From: Catajapyx aquilonaris
Taxonomy: Eukaryota
Direction: 5' to 3'
Assembly: GCA_000934665.2 (NCBI GenBank)
Contig: JYFJ02002256.1
Coordinates: 1 to 60,304, forward strand
Length of the DNA stretch: 60,304 nucleotides
The notes beneath the pieces were generated by a model. It was not told the DNA's origin. It was given only the letters and a program-made list of their open reading frames with translations, and did no database searches. The position numbers and the translations under genes are program-made. Shown piece after piece: positions 11,715 through 23,500 of this stretch. Within the stretch, counting starts at the first letter, position 1. Each line of letters begins with the position of its first letter.

Positions 11715-12364
11715 GGTTATATGTCGCAAGGGTATGCAAATCACGTAACTCAGTACTCAGTGTCAGGTTATTGCTAACAAGACTGGCCAAATATTGCATT
11801 GCAGCATTGTGTTAACTGGGCTTTGAAAGAATCCGATTCCAATAGCTACCCTAAGGTATAGGCTTTATTCTGTATTATTGGTGACCTGAGCCAATTTGTC
11901 CGGCTTTTGTCAGGTTTTGATGAAATTCATGTAGTCCACCAGCCGTTATGAGGGGGATTGTGTACCTCGGGGGCCATGGGCAAGAATAGTGTATCGCCAA
12001 CTATAATAATTATACATTAGCAACTGTAACTGAGGTTCAAGGTCGCCCCAAGTGGCTAATAATACAGGGAAATTGGCTCACAAATCCTGGGCAGTTCACG
12101 TGACTTGTAACATGATTGTTATCATTTCTTGAAGAATTTACTGATACACAGTCATATGTGTATGAAGTACGGTAGTAGTGCTGTAATTTTACAGCAAGTC
12201 ACTCCTTTGCTGGGATTGGTTAGTTTTGTAATAACCACGTAAGTTATTAGTGTATATTGCAAGTCTCATGCTGGAAAGAAAATAGGTGCATTATTTTAAG
12301 CTTTTGAGATTATACTTGTAGGATGACAGTGACACAGGCATTTATAAAATGAAGGTGCCTAATT

Positions 12365-13522
12365 GAGGGCTTTCTCGAATCCCACATGTCAGGTGACAAC
12401 AATTTTTAGGGAACAAATGAAACTGACCATGGGTCGTACTAATTGCCTTGGCCAGTCTGTTTTTTATTGTAGTGTGGATGACACACACCTGCATTCAACT
12501 ATGCAAATTAGACACTATACAATATGATTTAAAATGATCATAATCTTAATTTGAAATTTGTGACATATGAGGTTTTTCCGGAATTATCACAAAAACTACC
12601 TTATTTTCATGGAAATATGTACGTACGTATATTAGATCTGATGGATAGATTCATCGATGACACCAATTTCCTGATCATGTGAGAGGAAAAAGTCATCTTA
12701 TCGGATACACGTGGGTTATTGCAATGCACAGTCATGTAGATCTGATGCATAGATTCATCGATGACACCAATTTCCTGATCATGTGAGAGGAAAAAGTCAT
12801 CTTATCGGATACACGTGGGTTATTGCAATGCACAGTCATGTAGATTCAGCTTTAGCAAGATGCCTTTTCCTGCATGAGCTTGGAATTTTCAGTTTCATCG
12901 ACACAATATGCAATCATGGTCACAACATAGGTGCATATATCACTTTGAGACGTGCCAAACTTTAAATTGTAATTCTGCATGAAAATATTGCTGTAAACTT
13001 TCTAAATCACATGAAGTTCTTGCTTATTTTCGTCATATAACATTTTGTGCATGCGGCTGGCAGAAAGCGTTTTAGGAAGGTAATATAATATTATGTGAAT
13101 TTTTTCTGCACGAGTTGCGAGACTCTAGCCTTGAAGGACTTAACATGTTTCATGATGGCATCAACGACACGACATGGGCAGAGGTTGTCCTGGGGTAGTG
13201 CTTAGATCATTTTGGGGGCATACCATGTTTTACCAGATACTCCTGATGAAGCCTTCTAATCCTATCATTCCGTGAAAAATCTCACATGTCACCACTGACA
13301 GGTGTGATTCTTCCGGAAAATCACACATGACATGTGGGGTTTTGTAAGAAAATGTTGGAAGGAGCTGATTTTTCCCTTCAATATCTCCAACAACAGATTT
13401 TCCTCCCCAGAAATTGGAGAGAAGCATTGCATGGGGGGGTGGGCTTCCGAAAGGCTGTAATACTACCCTTAACTCATTTTGTCACATTTTATGACATATG
13501 GGGTTTTTCCGAGAAACCCCTC
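12365..13522. mobile_element. Sola-like non-autonomous DNA element
   Basis: AATT|GAGGGctttctcg...cgagaaaCCCCTC|AATT, a 4-bp TSD with GAG termini. Internal copies of the subterminal gacatatg/cacatgtc motif. Confidence 0.65.
12633..12845 (+). repeat. Tandem duplication, 104-bp unit x2
   Basis: Unit tagatctgat...gcacagtcatg starts at 12633 and 12737, near-identical. Confidence 0.95.
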
Positions 13523-14518
13523 AATTCCTGTCAGCCCATTTCGAATCTGCATTGTATAGTTGCCTATGACTTTGTTCAGACCTATGTAGGCTACATGAGA
13601 TCTGTTATCAGCTGCTGAGTATACTTCATCCAAGGAAGATGTGGCACTATGTTGAAGCTATGATCTGGTAAGGTCAGTGTTGTTGACTTTGGCGTCTCTT
13701 GGAGTACTGGTCAGTTTATGCTGTTAAATATGTTAATAAACCGAGTTATAGACCACGACAACCACAATGATATTGTGTCTAAGGGAATTGTGTCTAAGGG
13801 GCATATTAATACCATAGTTGTCATATGTGTCATTATTGGTTAGTGCGTCGACATTATTTCTCGGGCTGCCTCTACTTGGTGACCAATTTTCATGTATTTC
13901 CGAGCGCCCCTCTTACATACCTGTTAATTGGTATCTGAGCAACAGGTGACAAAAAAAATTCCGGATCATCAACATCAATGAATCCGCTTCCGTGGTAGTG
14001 TTGTTAACAAAAAATTAATCAACTCCTCCTCAGACGAGGTAATGAAAAACTTTGGCTTATTGTTTTCAACATATTACTACACAATAGTCAATGACGCCAG
14101 TTTTAAGCGAGTATATATGATGGAGTATATGACGTATAATTCTTACATACCCTTACCTCTACCACCGCAACATACCACAAGACTCCCGGGCAACGCCGGA
14201 TTACTTACTAGTAGGCCTATTAGATATTTCCAGTGAACCAGAGGTTTATTTACAACTCTTCTAACACATTCCCAGCCACTCTCTCATTCCTCCGCAGATC
14301 TTCTCGCCCTTGCTTCCCTCTCGCTCTCCTGCGTTTTCAACCAGGTGCTGTTCTCTCTGACCACACATTCAACAATCTTCCCCCAAAAAAACCATATCAT
14401 GGCAACAACCACAACAAAGTGCTGTCAGTCAGATATCTTTTTCCAAATCAGAACATGTTTAACGAGACCGTTCTCTAGAATTAAATTTAAAAGTAGGCCT
14501 ACTGTGGCAGAGTGAGTA

Positions 14519-15788
14519 ATGGGGGAGCCAGAGGAAAGACTTGTGAAGTCGTCGATAGTCAAGTTGGATCTGATGTCCAAGAACCATCGCGGTGAGCCCA
14601 ACCTGCATAAAGCTTTGCTAATACTGTCGGTCCTGCAAAAAGTCGCATCTAGTATTGACCGGACAGCTACGGTGAGCAGTGCCCTGCCGATTGATATGCC
14701 GAAGAGCATCAATGACTTGCAGAAGAAGCCTGCTGCTGTAGCGGAGGAGGTGAGTTGCAAAGTGATTTAGGCTACGTTATATATGAAATAAAAGTTTCGA
14801 GCTGCCTCTACCACTACGGTATACGCGAATCCGTGAGGGACATTCCACTGATTCCAGGCTATTGTCTAGTCCATTTTTTGTCTGAGATGTCCAATGTTAT
14901 GAGGGTGGGAAGTTAGCCAAGCAATATTGTTGTGTCAATACTCTACTCCCGTTCCATTAGCCAAGTGGGGGAATATGTGGTCAACTGAAAATTCCTCAGA
15001 GAAACTGCAAAAGGGCGGGGTGAGAGATGCAAAGCTCAATGCTGATATCGAAACGTTGCTGGTAGGCCTACTTGCCTACGTTATGGTGACACATGAGATG
15101 AGAATGACCTTGAGGAGGTAAGCTATACAAAGAGATCTAATAAGTTACCTAATTTATGTTCAAAAAATATTTTTTTTGAAACTTGGCTCTAAAATGAAAC
15201 TGTCATAAGTACTGTATATTGTCATCGTGAATGCCACGAGATTTGTCCGGAGGAGTGATGAAGCAGGTTGATAGGAATTAGTCTATGTTGCATATTTTTT
15301 CGCATTAAGCATATTGGCAAAAAGATAACGATGGCTCATCGTGAAAGGTGACCAATCTTGGACGACGCTTTCCGAAGTGAGCTATGTTGAGAAAAGAAGC
15401 TCTCTTAACTCAGTAATTTTATTGTTGATGTTGTAATGTCAGAATTTCTTGCTGTTAAATAATCCTCTGGTGAACGCAGATAACATATCCCGCAGTGGGC
15501 GACTGTGCATAACGCAAAATGGTCGCATCAGAAAATCATCTCTCCTGAAAATGGCTTCTATCTCGATATATCACATTGCAGCAGACATCCACAGCAGATC
15601 TCCGCACTCCAAGCGTATCGCACGAGGACAATGAGAACTCGGACCCATCCGGAGGCTCATTGCCGAAAGGGATGTGTAATCTGGTGGACCTCTCTACAAC
15701 GGTGCATAATGCACGCGGGATATCCCAGCCCGATGATTACAACCCCGCAGAAGCGATGGAGGTCGATCACATAGCCCATATGTTGTAA
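14519..15788 (+). CDS. Small IER/SERTA-like protein, 2 exons (14519-14749, 15582-15788), ~145 aa
   Basis: N-terminal EERLVKSSIVKL...RGEPNLHKALLILSVLQKV resembles the IER/SERTA helix motif. Donor gag|gtgagt and acceptor ttgcag| are both phase 0. C-terminal EAMEVDHIAHML resembles the IER C-terminal motif. Confidence 0.6.
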
Positions 15789-16097
15789 TCCACAACGGGC
15801 CGTATTTGTGGAGAGTATCCTATATGAGCAGTAGGCCTACAGTATGAGAGAAATTATTAGAACCGTGACCAGAGGTTAGTGTCAACCCAAAACTTGCGTT
15901 CATTTATCAAGCAAAGGACAGTGCAGTTATGGGGGTGGTGCAGAGACCCTACCTTGCCATGAAGGCGTGCCTTCATCAGTCCCTATTTACAGTCCAAGTA
16001 AATAGTTGTTGTTGACAGTTTTAAAAATATTTATAGCCTACTAAGTTAGCTACTATTTTAAATTCGTAGACGTGCAGGACATCAACCTTTACGTATG

Positions 16098-16495
16098 TCC
16101 GAGGCATCAAATATGGGATCTATTTTATGGCAAAGGCTTGAACAACAAAGTAAAGTATACAATATTTTTGCTTCAGGACAGGCAATGTAGCTAGTTGGCA
16201 GCCGAAGAAATAATTATTATTAATAAGAAGAAAAGTGGGAACATTTGCTTTTCTCAGTCATGCCCTTTTAATTTTGGCTTTGACAGTTTTCCTTAAACCA
16301 ACACTGATGGGCGATTGATATTATTTGTTGAGCAACGAGTGTCTCTGCCCTCACTAACTGTTCTCCACACTTTATTAAAAACTATATGAGTAATAGAAAT
16401 CCTCAACATTCGCAGCAGCAGCAGTTTCTAACCAGCAAAAGTCTGCAGTTCGAGAACCCCTAGAGCCGCAGAAGCTGAACCGACGTTCAAGACAT
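16098..16495 (+). pseudogene. Decayed duplicate of the SLC5 last intron/exon junction
   Basis: Collinear similarity to 11077-11465 (ccgaggcatcaaat...gaacaacaaagtaaagta...cattcgcagcagca...aaaagtctgcag...ccgacgtt), with frame-breaking deletions. Confidence 0.8.
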
Positions 16496-17153
16496 TTGAT
16501 GCTGGAATATTATCGTTAAAGTTAGATCAAGTTAAATATGCAAAAGTGTAACAGAGCATAGTGCCGCGGGGGGTTGTTCAATAAAAAAATTTGAGCCTAT
16601 CATCGGTGTACCCTTTTAAAAATATATCACACATGGTGCTGAACAAAATAAATCATATTCAGTTTAAATTGATTGCGTTGAAATGAGCGCTCTTTCTGGA
16701 ACTACCTGGAACCTGGAACTGCCCCCGAGCGCCATCATGCAACCATTCCGTAATCTGATTGGGCGATAATAGTGTTTTGATGAGATTGGAGTTGGATAGA
16801 TGGCGCAGAAGTGGGGAAGGCCATCTTTGAAAGCAGGGGTGGGGACTGGGGAGAGAGAAGAGAGACGACAGGAGAGTGGGAGAGGGACCAGGGAAGGGGT
16901 GGGGTGTATCATGGGTGGGGTAGCCGGGTAAGTGGGAGGACGGGAGGGTGGCGGGGGCGGTGGGCGCGGAGTGGCTGAGAGAGTGAGAGGTAAGGAAAGT
17001 CGGCCGTCGGGGAAGAGGAAAAGGGCATCTGGGCAAGGGAGTAGCAGCCGACAGAAAGAAGGTCGCCTCGTTGGGTTGGTCCACCAGCTACTGCACTTCA
17101 GGCTTGCTTATCGGGCTGTGCAGGGCGAACCAAGTGACACTACTGGTAATACC

Positions 17154-17204
<51 letters not shown>
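17154..17204 (+). repeat. (AAT)n microsatellite
   Basis: Direct reading. Confidence 0.95.
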
Positions 17205-17205
<1 letters not shown>

Positions 17206-17405
17206 CAAATTTGTGTTTGGATTTTCGAAAGGGACATTTTTTTGGCCCAGTGCGTGATGGTTTATTGAGTGACCAACTGCTGGTACTACCTTTTCAGTGC
17301 CAGACAGCTGTCTGGAGGCATGGATAGCTGGATGGCTTCATGCTGATTTAGGGCAAGTTCAAGTGTGAAACTGGGGCATTGAGGAGTGGTGGAGGGTGAA
17401 ATATT

Positions 17406-17526
17406 ATGTCGACTGTGGCAGCAACAGCTGCTTCTGCGGCTAGTGGGACACCACCTAACAACAACAAATCCACGCCAGGTGGGCATGGCAGCAGCAGTCA
17501 GCACAATCACCACAAGAACAGTGCAG
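17406..17526 (+). CDS. RAPGEF1: C3G first coding exon (putative)
   Basis: MSTVAATAAS...HNHHKNSA g|gtaaga. Phase 1 fits the next exon. Confidence 0.65.
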
Positions 17527-20500
17527 GTAAGACTCAGGGGATTTAAAGGGATGGGGGTTATGGTGGATAAGTGAGGGGTGAGAATAGCAAGAGATATCTT
17601 GCTTGCGCAAGTACTCAACGCATGATAAGAATGGTCAGGATGATCATATCTTGAGAAATCTTGGTGGTGACTTCACCAGTATTTCTACGTGTTACAGTGA
17701 AATAAGAGAAGTGCTACAGTTGATTTGTTTTACGTCAGTTATGGCATCTTTTACTCCAGCTGACTATTAAGGAGGAGTAACCAGGAAAGAGGAAACAAGC
17801 GTAATGTTCTCTCGAGGTGCAGTCAGTTAGGGAAGGACAGAGTGAAGTAAGGGGGGAAGAGAGGGAGTGAAGATGTGCAGCCATTCCACATTATCTTGCC
17901 ACGTCTTTGCATTTGTTGTTTCTTAAGGCTTATTGGGATCTGCAGTCGATTAAAAGAGTATCTTTCCACATCAGGCCAAGAAATTATCCTCCAACAGAGG
18001 TGCTGCCTCCCCCTGATGCAGTGACTCGCACTCCCCTAGGCAGCACCTCTGTTGGAGGCTAATTTCTCGGCCTGGTGTGGAAAGATACTCCTTTAACCAA
18101 CTGTACATGGATTAATTTTATATAATTATCCGCATTTCACCCCTCCAAATTTATTGGAGAAATTATTGATATTTTCTATGGGCCACATTGCTGTCTTTGA
18201 ACGATCAGTAGAACAAGAAGCATTCAATTTATACAGTATGTGGCTGATCATAAGTGTTCTGTATTAATTATGCTGGTGCGTCCTTTTTTAGTGACTTGAA
18301 ATTGAAGATCACACTTTCCTCTACCAAATATGTGTATTTCATATATAAGATGTGAACATAACCTCCCTTATAACTTTAAATTGTAATTATTTGCTTTGAA
18401 CATTAATATAGCCACTAAAATGCCAATTGAAAGATGTGATATTTTAAAAAGAAGTCCAGAATTCTGCCTAGGATGGTGTGGTAGTGCAGGAGAGGAGGAT
18501 AAGATCATCTGAGCCAGGTTTCCCAGTGGGCAATGGTAGTGGGGAAAGAGGAGGTGAAGGGCCATTTTGCTAAGGTAAACTGTTGCACTTAAAAGGTGCA
18601 TGAGCTGTGGCATTGAATTTCTGATATCATTGCAATCCAAAATGGTGGTATGTTCCTTAACATTATTTCAAGAATTCATGACCATGCAGGTCATTCCACG
18701 TGAAATCATCACGAGGTGTGCTCGTGAATTTTAGATTTCCGAAATATTTTGCAGGGAGACAGACCGAGCCACTTTCAGAATCGAATATCTCCAAAGCTAC
18801 ACGTCGTAGCGACTCTTTTCATGGCACATTTGTTTCAGATCATAGAACGTAGAATTTGAAAATGTAATCAGTTACGTAATATATGTACTGTGTAATGAGT
18901 TACAGCCTCCACAATATGTGCATTTTTGTCAAAATTGGCACTTTCAGAATTTTTTACTGCCTTAATATTGGATTAGTTTAGGAAGGCGGAGTGGTGCTGC
19001 GGTAACACACGCGCCCACGGATGTTAAGGTCCCGGGTTCGATCCCAGCCCGGGGTTCCCCCCTTCATCTCGTGCAGAGTTGGGCCATCTCTGGCTTCGTC
19101 TCGGGTGGAAATTTCCGCTAGACTAATCCACCCGGGGGAGTTCACAAAATGACCAATATACAACATTGCACTTGTACTTTGCACATCCCCTCCTACTTAC
19201 CCTTGGAATAATTAAAACATACACATTATGTACGGTTCCATACATGGTGGTATCCCACTCCCCTAACAAGGGCCTAGGGCCCGATAATGGGGTACAGTTA
19301 AAAAAATAAAAAAAATAAACAAATAAAAAAACAAATATTGAATTAATTTGCAAATATTATACATTGTCTGAGACATATTGATGTATCTGATCTCTTGTCA
19401 ATTATTTAGCGTTGTACAATATATAAACTCAGAGAAATTAAAAGTCACATTTAGAAGAAACCTCATTTTGGCCATTATTGGCGCCCAAAAAGTGGTCTGT
19501 GGGACGCCGAGTAAAAATTAGGAAGTGAGTATTTGGAAAGTCCAAAACGTGGGCTTTCAGAATTATATCTGCCTTGTATATGGTAATCGTACCTGGAGAG
19601 ACGGTAGGGCCTTTTGTTTGAAGTCATGTTTCTGCCGGCAGCTGCGGCGTCCTTACCCGGCCATCATCGGATGGCTTCGGTCTCTCAGGTGTTCTCCCGT
19701 GGGGAAAATATGATGGCCGGGTAAAGACGCCGCGATTACCATATACGAGGCAGATATATTCTGAAATTTTAACTCGTTATCCCACAGACCTCTCTTTGGG
19801 CATCAATAATGGCAAAAATGAGGTTTCTTCAGAATGTGACTGTTAATTTCTCCGAGTTGATATATTGTACAATGCTAAATAGTTTACAAGAGATCAAGTA
19901 CATCAATATGTCTCTGACAAGGTATAATACAGTGGTTTCCAACCTTTTACCAACTGCGACCCCCCCCCCCCCCCCGCNCCCCGGCTCCTGCTACAACAAC
20001 TGACCCCACTACAGAAAACATGCACTCTGTACTGCCGTGAAAATGGTTCAATTGACACAGAATTTGCACACACAAAAAAAGTTGAACCAAGGCTCGTGAC
20101 CACCCGCGACCCACCGGTTGGAAATCACTGGTATAATATTTGCAAATTAATCCAATACCTGGGACATATCCCCTCACCTCTTGTGACCTTGAGGACAGCG
20201 AAGCACAACACTTGGGAAATCTAGAGTTTAGGCATATGTCTATCTCCCTACAAAATATTCTGGAAATCTAAAATTCATGAGCACACCTCATGATGATTTC
20301 ACGTGGAATGACCCATGCATTTCTTTAAAAGATACTAATCTGACTGTCATATTGAAAACCATTGGTTAGATTAATGTAATCGTTACTTTTGTCAGGAGGA
20401 ATATCCTCTTGGTTCTATGCACAAGTGATGTAATATGTAATATTTAGAGCCATTGTTCCGATTTTTCTCATAGGCAAGGATGGAAGCAGCAACAAATCAA

Positions 20501-23500
20501 AGGCAAAGCGTCTTGTTCGTCGGGCTAGGTCATTCAAGGATGACCTACTGGACATCCTCTGGCAGGGAGTCAGATCATCGCCTGGGTCCAATCATGATGC
20601 TTTGCCTGGAGGGATGGCAGGAGGAGGATGCCAAGGAAGGGCCTCTCCTTCTCCTCCCAGAGGCAAGGGAGGAGGGCACAGCAAAGGGGGCAGTGGAGGG
20701 GCGGCAGAACTAGTTCCACCAACATCCTCCAGGAGTCCACAGAACCTTGAGTTCCTTCTGCAACAGGTATACATCATCATACTTGGATCGGATATTGTAG
20801 CAGAATTTGAGAGCATATTAGTGGCAGTGAATATTTACTATGGGAATTGTTAATTTTTTGACAGTTGTCTTTTAGCATCCGTTTATGCAGTCGTGCTTAT
20901 TTGACCTGGTTTTCTGATATGTCGCATTTTTTGATGTAGCCGTACAACGTGTTTACAGATTTGTCTGTAGCTTCATGAATAATCTGTATTTCAATTAACA
21001 TAAGCTTAATGGATATTGATTTAAAAATAATAATATATCTTCAATTCAGTATCAGTATCAGACGAGGGAGCATAATTATACTACATAAGAGGCGCAAACT
21101 TCGGTCGGCGCCTTTGATGTCTGCGTGTCTCTGTTTGGGGCGTTGCCAAGGCTGGCGGCCATTTTGAGAAGGGGCCAACGCCAACGAGGTATAAATAGGG
21201 TACAGGCAGGCCGTAAAGGTCCACCATCTTTGATGGGTTTGGCGGCCATGACACTTTACGGCAAGAACAATCGCGAATTTGGATATTTTTGCCATACTTA
21301 TGGAATTAATACGTAGAAAAGTGCAAGGAGCTCATAAGGCAAAAATATCAAATTCGCACATGTTCTTGCCGTGAAGTGCCATGTCCGCAAAAACCGTCTA
21401 AGATGGCGGACCTTTACAGCATGCCTGTATCCTATTTATACCTTGTTGGCCCCTTTTCAAAATGGCCGCCAGCCTTGGCAACGCCCCAAACAGAGAGACG
21501 CCAGACATCAAAGGCGCCGACCGAAGTTTGCGCCTCTTATGTAGTATATGCTCCCTGATCAGAGTATCAGTTCAGATCAGTATTTAGTGTTATACATATG
21601 AAATGAATGACTTCTAAACTTCTTGTAACACAGAAGCTTGAAAGGATCTTTATGAAATAACTTATACAACTGTTAGACAATGTTCTCCCACGCAGTTTTC
21701 TGCAGCATAATAAAAGCTTAAATTTTGCATAAGCAGGAATATTTCAAAATGACTCGTGCCATGTTCTTGTGTTGAGTGTGTAATATAGCCTGTTTGCCAC
21801 TTTTCAGTTTGAGCTGTCTCTGCGCTACCTGAAGGAGGTGGTAAATAAGGACACCCTATGCATGCTGCCAGGAAGTGCAAGTGTGGTTCTAGACATGGTA
21901 ATAGCCATCCATGTTCTGCTGAAAAGCTACTTGGTGGATGAACAAAGTAGTGTCCTACTCTCAGCCAGTAACCAGGTTTACCAGAGTGTGGCTGCCCTTG
22001 TCAGATGGGCAGATAACCTTCTGCTCTATGGTGGGGGTGGGAAGGAAGGTGGAGGAGTGAGTAACAGAGAGGGGGTGGCAGAGGTGGCCCAGGGAGTTGA
22101 TGATGCTTTAAGGAACCTAGTCCAGTTGGCAAAGGACAAGATTGCTAGCAAGGAAGCAGTTGGTGTGGTTCCAAGCACTCCATTGTCACCAGCGGCTGTG
22201 GTAACATCATCAGCTAGTGGTTGTGAAGAAGTTCCACCATTGACTCCAAGAGAGAGGGAAATTTTAGCTCAGACAGGTGGGGATGGTGGGATGATTGGTG
22301 GCGAGACTCCTCCTCCAAAGCCACACCTCCCACCTGGAACCAGAGTTATATCCTCTGCTTGCAAGGACTTTATTTGGGAGAGTGAGCAGCCAAGTGAGGG
22401 TGGTGGAGGGCAAGTTCCACCCCCACTACCTCCCAAGAGGCGATCCAGGCACCAGCTCCTATCTGACGGGTCTGCTGCAGCTGTAATCTTGGCCCCTCCA
22501 CTTACACCTCCTCCTCCTTCCCATATTGGCCAACAACATCTCCCTCCACAACCTTCCATCAACCCTGCAGTGCATGTTGTCCAGGCAGGATTGACTAGCC
22601 AAGCTGCTGCTCCCTCCCCAGATAGCTTGTCTCTCCTGAGCACTTCCTGGAGTAGCTTGGATGATTCGCTATTGCTCACTGGAGGAGGAGGAGGGTCCAA
22701 CTCACTGCACCAACATCGGAGGAATGGATCAGGAGATTCAGGATTGCAAATGGTCAGTTCTTTGGGCTGTACTGGCTTACTTCTTAGTGTCATTAATTCT
22801 TAGAAACCTGATGGCAGCACCTAAATCCACTTGTGATGATGAAATTGGAAAGTCAGTGCTACATGAATTTTCTGGCAGCTGGGCTTGGATTTTTAAAAAC
22901 ACATTAGATAAAGAATTATGTGTAGTGTTTTCATTTTGATTGTGCCCAAATGCTACACATTATGTAACTCTCATCCTATTGTCACTATGTAATTCTGTGC
23001 CTGCTAACAGAATTTTTGTATAATAGCCTGAAGAACCATTTTCATTGAGCAGGTAGAATTAGAACGTTTGACAGAGAGAGCACAGGCAGGTTGCTGTTTA
23101 AAAGTTGCACACACGGCAGGGTTGCAGAGGGGGTACGTGGGCATACCCAGCAGAGTAGAGGCTACACCCAACAATGGGCATTTGCACTTCTAGTTAATAC
23201 CCTAGGCCAGTGGTTCCCAACCTATGGGTTGTGACCCTGTCAAGCTGCCTTACCAGAGGAAGAGATTTTACAATTTTGAAATGCTATTAGTGACACTGAC
23301 ATAATGTGGAATTGTTTATTGCATGTGTAGTTTCAGCAATCAAGTTTGGAAGGGGAGTTACTAGGAGGCTGGGAGGAGGAGGAGGAGGAAGAAGGGGGAG
23401 TGGAGGGTGGTGAGGGTGACGAGGTGGATGGAGAGGAGGGTGAGGACTTGGGCCTGGATAGTGATCCCCTGGTTGCCCCATCACACCTGGTGTCTGCCCT

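Larger units (their letters stand above)
18688..20314. mobile_element. Long-inverted-repeat DNA element (Sola2-like ends) with nested SINE and hAT MITE
   Basis: atgc|aggtcattccacgtgaaatc...gatttcacgtggaatgaccc|atgc. Inner arms 19335-19505 and 19780-20157 are also inverted. Confidence 0.7.

Noticed and set aside
16655..16665. TCAGTT initiator-like motif upstream of C3G (and TCAGTC at 4009 before SLC5)
   Set aside because: Plausible positions, but 6-mers are too common to call a promoter without TSS data.
16932..17327. 131-aa ORF upstream of C3G as a coding exon
   Set aside because: Low complexity and runs through an (AAT)n tract. Splicing it to the next exon meets a stop before the C3G ATG. 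More likely 5' UTR or uORF.
19978..19978. Single N bases inside poly-C runs (also 27306 and 46912)
   Set aside because: Homopolymer sequencing or assembly uncertainty.
22269..22793. Antisense ORFs over coding exons (also 42900-43538, 47227-47677, 6749-7156)
   Set aside because: Shadow frames of the real + strand exons, with no recognisable domains.
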